A DNA stretch of 64,000 bases from Octopus vulgaris (lineage: Eukaryota): positions 21,576,001-21,640,000 of the forward strand of contig OX597816.1 of assembly GCA_951406725.2 (NCBI GenBank). The letters are read 5' to 3'. This document shows, one piece after another, positions 53,027-64,000 of the stretch; the stretch's first letter is position 1, and every line of letters starts with the position of its first letter. The translations under genes and the position numbers were made by a program. The notes beneath the pieces are model-generated. The model did not search any database, had not been told where the DNA came from, and saw only the letters and a program-made list of their open reading frames with translations.

Positions 53027-53463
53027 GGATCTTTTCGGTTTGAACGGCAGTTTTTTCTAACGGTGTCATATGAAATTGTCACCATAATTATGACCCTAGT
53101 ATCGATCTATTGCATTTCAATCTGTTTTAGGGTTAGGGTTAGTTAGGGTTAGGGTTTGGGTTAGGGGCGGGGGGAAGGGTACCTTGTTTTCTTCAGAAAT
53201 GTAAATAAACCCAATCTGTTTCTTAAACGAGGGACATATTCATACGGCACAGAATGCTTTCACCTCAATAGACGTCATTGATTGGTTGAAATTGCAGAAA
53301 TTGAAGACAAAAACAACAAATATCTCACAAACTATAGAATTTTCTCAATAAAGCTAAGAGAAAAAGATGTTTTATAAACACATTCTACCAGTATACGACG
53401 TTTAAAAGTGTTTAGTTACGTGGAAATTATTTTAAAAAACTGCCTGTCAAACCGAAAATATCC
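53027..53463. mobile_element. MITE with 30-bp GG-terminal TIRs and an internal (TTAGGG)n-like tract
   Basis: TIR GGATCTTTTCGGTTTGAACGGCAGTTTTTT. Candidate 8-bp TSD TTCTTTAT/TTCTTTTT. Confidence 0.8.
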
Positions 53464-53606
53464 TTCTTTTTTATTAGAAATCGTCACAAGTGTAATGATG
53501 TATACATATGTGTGTACGTATATAGCTGGTTGTGACAGCAAAGACAAGAAGTTCAAACACAGGAAGTTGAGGAAACAATTTTAAGAAGTGAATTTTTATA
53601 TATATA

Positions 53607-53995
53607 CTAGGAGTATCGCCCGGCGTTGCTCGGATTTGTAAGGGAAATAACTATATAAGCATTTTTAGAGAGTTATAGCTAAAAAATAGCAAAAAATGCA
53701 TTAAAAATGGAAAAAAATTGATGGTAAATTTTTTTTAAATCGTTGACTCATCGTAGACATTTTTAGAGAGTTACTTCCCTTATATAATAGCGAAAAATGC
53801 ATTAAAATGGAAAAAAATGATGGTAATTTCTTTTTTAAATCGTAGACTCATGGTAGACGCGCGCTAATATCCAGACGGGCTCGATATGAAGCACGGCTAT
53901 AAGATACCCGGTTTTGGTTAAACTGCACCGCAAAATGTGGGAGTAGTTAGGAATCTAAATCGACAGACACACAACTTGACTTTCATAATTAAAGA
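53607..53995 (-). mobile_element. Non-autonomous Helitron, complete
   Basis: Same family as 35024-35426, with TC...hairpin-CTAG ends in an AT site. Confidence 0.88.
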
Positions 53996-54789
53996 TATAG
54001 AGCAATATTATTTATTTTTTAATAATGAAAAAAATAAGACATCAGGACCGTATTTTTCTTTCCATGGTCAAATTATTCACGTACTCCAAGTATGATACAG
54101 ATTGATCCAGAGGTTAGAGCATGCATTGAGGACACTTACACACACACACACGCAGACATGGTATTTTATATATTGAGATTTCACGTACATTTCGTAGTGT
54201 ATTCAATCTGTCGTGTGATTCTTTGATATTCACTCTGTTAGTTTCTTTATTGTTAGTTTCTTCTAACTCTGTTAGTTTCTTAATCTGCCGTTTGTGCGAG
54301 CATTTGTAGCATATTACACGATTTTAAAGCAATTCAATTTCAGTAACAATTCCCTGTATTATACAGGAACACTTGTGTGAATTTTTGCTAACGCTAGAAT
54401 AATATTATTAGTAAAACATCGACAATACACTAGATTGGGATAAGAATTGATCATGGCTTAGAAATGGCGATCTGAAAGGATGCTTTGAAGTTCTGATGTT
54501 CAGCGCCCGGGGGGCAGGCTTTTCAAACTAACTACGTTAAACATTATGTTGACAAAACGAGAGATTCACTATTATGTGGAATGTGTGGGACAATCAGAAA
54601 AACGGTCAGCCATCTTGTAAGCTAATGTGCTGAATTTGCACAGCGGGAGTACAAAAGACGACACGATAATGTTGCTAGTTATATCCACTGGATGATATCT
54701 GAGTAATGTGGGTTCGCCAGAGAGGCTAAATAGTGAAAGTAAAATGCAAAAGCGGGGTTAGAGAACGACTAATTTAAGCTTTTGTGGGT

Positions 54790-55424
54790 CCTCACCATTC
54801 AGTGTGAGAGAATGATTAAGACAAGAAGACCAGAGATTGTAGTTGTCAACAAAAAAGTAAAAAAAAAAAAAAAAAACAGGCCCAAATTATCGATATCTCT
54901 TTCCCCCAAAATAGCAGGGTGAAAACTACAGAGAACGAGAAAGTAGAGAAGTCTGAACCACTGAAGGAAAAGATTCGAAATTTATGGCGGGGGGAATAAA
55001 AAAGTTTTAAGAGATTCCAGTAGTGATCGGAGCATTGGGATGCATATCAGACAGTTTCGATTATTGTGGAAATAAAATCGAATCTGATGTATGCCCAACT
55101 GACAACAAGGTATGCGATAAGGAAGAAATAAAAGTTGAGAGATATGACTGGTTAGCTTGATAAGTTAAGCAGTTGTGGTCGATGAAAAAGGTAGCAGTTA
55201 CCCATAATTGTCGGAGCCCTGGGAACGGTGAGCAAAAACCTCGAGAAGTACGTGGAACAAATAGGGGCTGCAATAATATCGGAGTACTTACAGCAAACAG
55301 CACTGCTTGGAACAGCTCGAATACTTCGGAAGGTGCTCGAAAAATAAGAGGTGTTACCTTAGTTCACTGGTAGTGAACAGCTGACACTGCAGTACATCTC
55401 CAGCGTTAGAAGCTATGCAAAGGC
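54790..55424 (+). mobile_element. Two R4-like LINE 3' fragments ending in (AAT)n
   Basis: RRPEIVVVNK..IIDIS..EK.EK..IPVVIGALG, then a second fragment GALGTVSKNL..QQTALLGTARILRKVL. Confidence 0.75.
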
Positions 55425-55440
55425 AATAATAATAATGATG

Positions 55441-56594
<1,154 letters not shown>

Positions 56595-56599
56595 AAGAA

Positions 56600-57192
56600 G
56601 GAATATATTCACAGACATGACAGAGTTGGAACCTACATACACTGGAAGCTATGCACACATTATGGAATAACAACAGAAAAAAGATGGTATAGGCACACAC
56701 CAGAAAAGGTCACGGAAAACGAGAAAGCAACCATACTCTGGGATATGTCGATACACACAGATAGTGAAATTAAGGCCAACAGACCAGATATAGTTGTCAG
56801 AGATCATGAAGAAAAAAAAATGCTTTCTAATTGATGTATCAATACCGGCAGATGACAACTTTTCTCTAAAAGAAACGGAGAAACTTTCAAAATACAAAGA
56901 CCTGGAAATAGAGGTAACCAGAATGTGGAATCTAAAACCAGAAACAATTCCTATCATAGTAGGTGCATTAGGCATTATAAAAAATATTCAGACAAATACA
57001 TAACAAAAACACCAGGACTTACAAACACATATAACATACAGAAAATTGCACTACTAGGCACTGCACACATCCTACGCAGAACACTTCCCATACAATAACC
57101 ATCAGAGCATCACAACAAATCACAGCACATACCCAAGGCACACAGAGCTGCGCTCGGTAGTGAAGTGAAAGCACGCTATAAAAATAAAACTA

Positions 57193-57196
<4 letters not shown>
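56600..57196 (+). mobile_element. R4/Dong-like LINE, 5'-truncated
   Basis: WYRHTPEKVTENEKATILWDM..ANRPDIVV..LIDVSIP..EKLSKYKDLEIEVTRMW..IPIIVGALG, with an (AAT)n tail. Confidence 0.88.
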
Positions 57197-57267
<71 letters not shown>

Positions 57268-57268
57268 C

Positions 57269-57324
<56 letters not shown>

Positions 57325-58139
57325 TATAATAATAATAATAACAATAATAACATCATCGCTGATAAGTATAATATTATGGTTCTTTAGAAATAGTACAGTT
57401 ACTACTGCTGCCACTGATATATATATACTGCCTGTTCTTTCTCAAGTCGACACATATTATTCCAAAATGCAATAAAATAAACAAGTATTTGCTATCATTA
57501 AAATCCACTGAATAATCCTTATCCTGAAGCTATCTATGGATTTTGTCTTCCCAGTTTAACTGCTTGTGCGGTTTTTGGTATTATTTCCTTTCACTATATC
57601 CACCATTAATACAACAGCCACCGCTTTCTACCAACTGAAAATATTTCTATATCTATTTTAACTCTATCGCATCTTTTTAGAATTAATCTTTGCTTTATGA
57701 AACAAATTCTGCTGTGGCACACACACACACACACTTGCGTACACACTGACGAGCCTACATATACGTTTGTGCGTTACCACACGCCTACAACGCGCATACA
57801 TATGCACACACACACAAACACACAAACATACACACATACATATATATATATGTATGTATGTACACCGCCCATGGATATAATAAATTTATGCATTCATATT
57901 AGACATAAGCACAGGTATACACACATGTATATATGTGCATGCATACACACACACACACACACACATACATATATATATATATGACTTTATTCTTTATACT
58001 CATCTCACACATACATGTGTATTCGTATATAAATTTATATATATATATACATATCTATATATAAAAAAAAAATATATATATATATATATGACTTTGTACT
58101 ATATACACATCTCACACATACATGTGTATTCGTATATAA

Positions 58140-58201
<62 letters not shown>

Positions 58202-58589
58202 TTATATATATATTCATACGCGAGCATGTCAAGATTTTTGTTCATATATGTGGAACGAGGAGAGGGAGGAAAAAGAGAGATATGGAGAGCGTTTTTGTTA
58301 CGAGATTTTTGAAAATCAGCAATAAATGACACTTAGAATATATTTAGAAGATTTATTCATCAAAATGCGTATTAACAATAGTAAAACTGACTACTGTATT
58401 GGCAAAGAAATATATACGTTTTCATTTTTCATTAATATCATTATCTATCTGTCCGTTTCAATTCCAATTTGTTTCTCTTCTTTTCTATCTTCCTTACTGC
58501 CTATTCGTCTGTTGTTCTTTCCATCAACCTATATTTCTGTCAATATCCTTTTTTTTGTTTCGTTTTGAGTTAGTCTTTTGCAAGGTGGG

Positions 58590-59020
58590 TCAGTTTCTGT
58601 GACCTTTTTCTGGGTCTACCAGACCGGTGATAGATCGATGCAGTTGATATTCCTGCTTGAACAGTTGTAGGTCAATGGTTTCAGGAAAAGTGAGAGATTG
58701 GGTAGGGCGTTACAGATGATTGATCTATCCATAAAACTATACGAAGTGACTACTACCGGTTCTGTTGGCAATGACACATCGCGGTTGACAGGACAAGGAA
58801 CGATATGTGCTTCAGATAAACCTGAGTGGAAAATATATACAGCAAGCTATATATTTCAAAGATAGTAACGATCATTTTTAGTATCGATATGAGAGGCAAA
58901 CAGAAAGCCATGCTTCTATGAGTCACTCGCTGTAATATGTCGGAAGATAGAAATGCTTCTTCCAGTCAGTCGAATGATCATCCTTTGGAGGCATTTGAAG
59001 ATATCTATATCATTGTTTCT
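58590..59020 (-). mobile_element. Possible degraded CR1/Jockey-type LINE 3' end
   Basis: Minus-strand peptide traces ..NALP..FPETIDLQLFK.. Confidence 0.3.
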
Positions 59021-59304
59021 TTTACTTTATTCCACTCGATTTTCTCAAACTTTCCCTTTTCTTCTGTCTTTCTATCTCTCTTCTTTAGACTCACATGTGT
59101 AGCATTGTTCGTTTAGTGGACTTATTGGCAATCACCCTGATGTCCGGACATCGTGCGTTTCCATTTAAACCGATCTCTGCGTTTTGTTGAAACTAATGAA
59201 ATTAGCATTGTTAGTGAAAACACTAATATTTACAACAGTGTCGCTTACCACACTTTTTTAATATCAATCCATTCAAGAATAGTCATACGAATGATAAATT
59301 ATTA

Positions 59305-59315
59305 CCTCTACTACG

Positions 59316-59362
<47 letters not shown>

Positions 59363-59367
59363 AACTA

Positions 59368-59414
<47 letters not shown>

Positions 59415-59460
59415 ACTACTACTACTACTACTACTACTACTATTACTACTGCTGCTGCTG

Positions 59461-59496
<36 letters not shown>

Positions 59497-59744
59497 TTGT
59501 TATCGTAATTATTATCATTTTATTATTATTATTATTATTAGTAGTAGTAGTAGGAAGAGGAGGTGGAAGAGGAGAATGTGGAAGAGGAGGAGGTGGAGGA
59601 AGAGGAGAAGTTGGAGGTGGAGTAATAGTAGTAGTAGTAGCAGCAATAATAATAATAATAATAATATTAATAATAATAATATAAATAATAATAATATTAA
59701 TAATAATAATAATATTAATAATAATAATAATAATAATAATAATG

Positions 59745-59817
<73 letters not shown>

Positions 59818-59840
59818 TAATAATGATGATGATGATGATT
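59305..59840. repeat. Compound trinucleotide array (TAC/TGC/TAT/TAG/GAG/AAT/GAT)
   Basis: Seen directly in the sequence. Confidence 0.95.
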
Positions 59841-60062
59841 ATTTCAAATGTCTTCACATTTTCGGTGGGAGTAGTTTAGTCGATTACATCGGCACCCCCA
59901 GCAGGGTTCGACTGGTACTGATTTTATAGACCCCGAAAAGATAAAAGGCAAAGACGACTCCAGTGGCATTTGAACTCAGAAGGTGAAGATGAACGAAATG
60001 CCGCTAAGCATGTTTGCCCAGCGTTCTAATGATTCCTGATTCTGCTAGATTGCCACCTTTGA

Positions 60063-61995
60063 AACCAAAGCTCCTAAAACTATCGGCCCATAACATGTTT
60101 ATCTACTACTTATATAAAATTTCAACATCCATTATCGTGGAGAAAACATACACATTTATGGAATAGAACGATATTTTCCCAACGGAACCAAAAAAAAAGA
60201 CAGCCGATGAGGTTCATATGGATGCAAAGATTAACTCCTAATCAAGCGTATAGGTCTTAAGGTCTGTCATAACAAATGCAGAATTCTCATTTCTGCATGA
60301 TTGATTATAAAGAGGCCATTGATAGCAAACAGCATTCATAGATCTTCAAATCGCTAGATATTTTCAAAAATTCTCCTGTGAGTTCAAACTTCCTGAAGCA
60401 CATGTCAGTGTGGAATGCGAATCTCCAATTATACCACTCTAATAGGGTACTGACCTCAAACAGTATTAATATCAACAACGGCATTTTCCAAGGTGACTCA
60501 ATTTCATTATTAATTTTCTGCATCGCCCTTATGCCCCTCGCAAATGAACTTAGCAGAACAGGGTATAAATATACAATTGGCAATAAGAAAATGAGCTGTC
60601 TATTTTATATTCATGATTTATAACTCTTCAACAATGATGAGCTTCAAGGCCAATTCCGTTCTTTGAAAGCATTCAGAGATGACATCTGGGTGGAATTTAA
60701 TCTTGATAAATGTGCCAAGCCACTTTCCAGAAAGAGAAATTAAAGACCTCGAATTCAGTCGTGTTATATATTGGGACACTTATAAAACAACTTGAGCAGG
60801 AACAAACTTACAGATACCTCGGAATGAATGAAGGTCGAACAGTCATGAAATCTAAGTTAAATGCACGTAAACAGGTGTTAGTCATCAATTCTGTAGCGGT
60901 TTTAGATGTTATTTATAGCTTCAAATTGTTGAACTGGAATATCAGTGAAATAAGGAAATTTGACAGGAAAACTGGCGAGCTGTTGACTTGCAATACAATG
61001 CACCACTCAAAGGGAGACATGGATCGTCTTTACTTTCCCAGATCCCAAAGATGTCGAGGCTTGATCTAATTTGAAATCTCTTACAGAACCACTGGATGCT
61101 GAAAATCGTGAGAAGCTTCATTCTGTCATGAAAGAGAGCAAAAAATTTATTATTGAGTTTATGCATAATATCCAGGTAGAACAGCATGATGGAAGTGCGG
61201 TAACCGTTGTTGCAAAAGTGATATCAATGGTACAGAAAATAGTGTTTGAACAATTAGCTGATAGGTGGGAACAAAAACCTCTGCATGGCAAATATGTGGT
61301 ATGTAGAAAACAAGTTGGTGTAAACCACAGGCACACCCATCATTGGCTTCGCAACTCATGTCTAAAGGCAGAGAGTGAAGGCTTCATCTTGGCTGCTCAA
61401 GATCAAAGCTTATTGACCGGGAACTACCAAGCCAATGTGATGAATAATAGTGCCGATCCAAAGTGCCGATCCAAAGGGCCGATAGTGCAACAATGAGATT
61501 GAAACAGTGGACCAGCTAATCTTTGGGAGTACGGTTTAGCACCAGTAGAGTATAAATGAAGACATGACAGAGTTGGCCAATATCTACACTGGATAATATG
61601 TCGGCATTATAAAATCAAAACTGCTGACAAATGGTACAAGACTGCAACTGATGAGGGAAAATGTAACGATTCTTTGGGACTTTCCAGTATATACAAACTG
61701 GACCATCAAAGCTAATAAACCAGATATTGTTGTGAAAGACCAAAAAAATTAACTCTGTTTATTAATTGACATGAGTATACCTTGTGATCATAATATCTTG
61801 GCAAAAGAATTTGATAAGCTCAGAAAATATAACGATTTGCTGATTGAAATCGAAAAACTGTGGCATCTCAAGACGGTTACAATACCAATGATTGTAGGAA
61901 TATATGAATTGATCAAAAAAAGAACTGAAAATTATTTGAAAATGGTTCCTGGCTTACCATTTATGCAGGAAGTAGAAAGGATTGCCTTAACTGGT
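60063..61995 (+). pseudogene. R4-clade LINE RT-endonuclease pseudogene
   Basis: NYRPITCL, GSYGCKD, GIFQGDSISLLIF, FYIHDL, KPLHGKY, ESEGFILAAQDQSL, LWDFP..NKPDIVV..IDMSIP. Many stops and frameshifts. Confidence 0.9.
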
Positions 61996-62229
61996 ATGAA
62001 AATCGACTGGACCCCTCCCCATAAATTTGGGGCCTTGTGCCTAGAATAGAAAAGAATAAAAATAGTGCAGGCCACATGACTAGAGATATATCTCAAACAT
62101 ACTCCACGTATATCCTTTTAATAAGGCATTTATAAACACTTTGATATTTCAATCGCTATGGTATTTAGGTCTCTTTATAATTTAGCGAAAAAAATATAAT
62201 TGAATGTATTTTCATTTGTGTTTTTCTGC

Positions 62230-62575
62230 GCTCCTCGAGTACAATAAAAGAACGAACTATTTCCGAAAAAGAATGGACGCTATTGATGAAAGAATAGACT
62301 GTTTTCAACAATCTGACACGAAAAAAAGTCCTGGAGAAAAAGAAATGAACCACTTTTAATCACTCAAATATCCGACCAGTTGAAGTTGCTGCTCTTCATC
62401 TGGTGGTAATGAAAGAGTATTGTGTATTAGGAGCTCCTTCGGCAAAATTAGACGATGAATTCGAACGATTATTCTTCCAAATTCGACCGCAAAATCGATG
62501 CAAAACGTCCAGAAATTGTTAATTGCAAGAATGTCATCTTCTTTCAGAACAACGCTTGACGTCATGTTTTCTTGC
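62230..62575 (+). pseudogene. Mariner transposase catalytic-domain fragment
   Basis: NNLTRKKSWRKRNEP..LLFIWW..VY*ELL..KRPEIVNCKNVIFFQNNA*RH. Confidence 0.75.
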
Positions 62576-62584
62576 AGTCGTAGC

Positions 62585-63110
62585 ACACCCACCACACTCA
62601 CCGATCATACCTGAGCTTACACTTTGACCCCAACCCACACCCCACCCTTGTTTTCCCCACTCTCGCCTCCCCACACCCCAACACCATCACACCACACACA
62701 ACCCTACCACACCACACCATCTCACACCACCTCGCACACACTAGCACTGATCAATTCCCAGCACCTTACAGCATCATCCACACACATACGCATGCACACG
62801 TCAAGGTCACCAGCCCCCATCCACACGCACATACACGTTCTCACATACACACACACGCACACCATCGTTTTGGGATCACCACTACTTTATTATTTTTCCT
62901 TCTTCCTAGCTCTCCTGTGTGATCCCTCTGTTCAGCATTCGCCATGATAGATCGCTAGCCACTATACCTTAATATATTTTCTCTCCCTGTTTATTTCTTT
63001 GTTCCATTCTGTTGAAAACCGTTGGCTCGAAACGTAAAAGACTTTCACACTTCCAGAGCGTTAAACTAATAGATCTGTTTCTTGTTTATTTGCTTCTTTG
63101 TAAATTCTCG

Positions 63111-63111
<1 letters not shown>
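62585..63111 (+). mobile_element. PLE-like 3' region with a degenerate hammerhead (63005-63040)
   Basis: Homologous to 21999-22745. Motif reads CTGTTGA A AACC-GTTG-GCTC GAAAC GTA AAAG. Confidence 0.6.
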
Positions 63112-63147
<36 letters not shown>

Positions 63148-63173
63148 TTCATTACACACTCACAGACACACAC

Positions 63174-63221
<48 letters not shown>

Positions 63222-63228
63222 CATACAT

Positions 63229-63445
63229 GCTCTTTTACTCTTTTACTTGTTTCAATCATTTGACTGCAGCGATGCTGGAGCACCGCCTTTAGTCGAAGTG
63301 GCAACCCCAGGACTTATTCTTTGTAAGCCTAGTACTTATTCAACGCCGGTCTCTTTTGCCGAACCGCTAGGTTACGAGGACATAAACACACCAGCAACGG
63401 TTGGCAAGCGATGTTGGGGGACGAACACAGACACACAAACACACA
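63229..63445 (-). mobile_element. SINE family A, 3' half
   Basis: Matches the other A copies. Confidence 0.8.
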
Positions 63446-63763
63446 CACACACGCACACACACACACATATATACACACGCATAGAAGCACACACATATTG
63501 CATATTATACCGCTGCTGCCGCTGCGCATATTTCCAAAGCGGAGTATTTCAACGTAAATTCCAATATATTTTGTAAACGTTGAAGCTGGTGAGAGAGATA
63601 ACCAATTAAATATTGATTTCTTACGTTGACTCTCATTCAGAAATATCTTGGTCTTTCGCCAATGTTAGAAATCATAATTATTATAATTAAAGTAAAATAA
63701 TTAAAGAAACTAATACAAATTGGCACTAATTATACGAATACGATTACCTTAAGAAGAAAAACT

Positions 63764-63775
63764 ATAATAATAATG

Positions 63776-63864
<89 letters not shown>

Positions 63865-63920
63865 CATTAATTTCATTATTATTATTTATCATTATTATTA
63901 TTATTATTTTATTATTATTA

Positions 63921-63974
<54 letters not shown>

Positions 63975-64000
63975 CATTATTATGTTATTATTATTATTAT
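63764..64000. repeat. (AAT)n followed by (ATT)n microsatellite
   Basis: Seen directly in the sequence. Confidence 0.95.

Noticed and set aside
59153-59929. 258-aa low-complexity ORF
   Set aside because: It is the translation of the compound trinucleotide array.

Overview
AT-rich, microsatellite-dense eukaryotic DNA that is intergenic or deep-intronic. The repeat families (tRNA-derived SINEs, Penelope-like fragments, R4/Dong-like LINEs) look like those of a coleoid cephalopod, most likely Octopus; this is recognition, not a database result. I can support no intact host gene, and almost all listed ORFs are translated simple repeats or SINE read-throughs. The window is a mosaic of decayed elements: dozens of SINE copies from about four families, mariner and rosa-like Tc1/mariner elements, MITEs, Helitrons (one with a Pif1 helicase remnant), RTE and R4-clade LINE remnants, and Penelope-like element (PLE) fragments. 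The most interesting signal is a set of type I hammerhead ribozyme motifs in PLE-like terminal repeats. They show all three states of the core 3-8 pair (C-G, U-A, G-C), and most have a short, palindrome-like stem III. Also notable are SINE multimers with a fixed hairpin junction that inserted as single units, and SINEs that share a head but carry different tails. Repeat boundaries were read by eye and are approximate.
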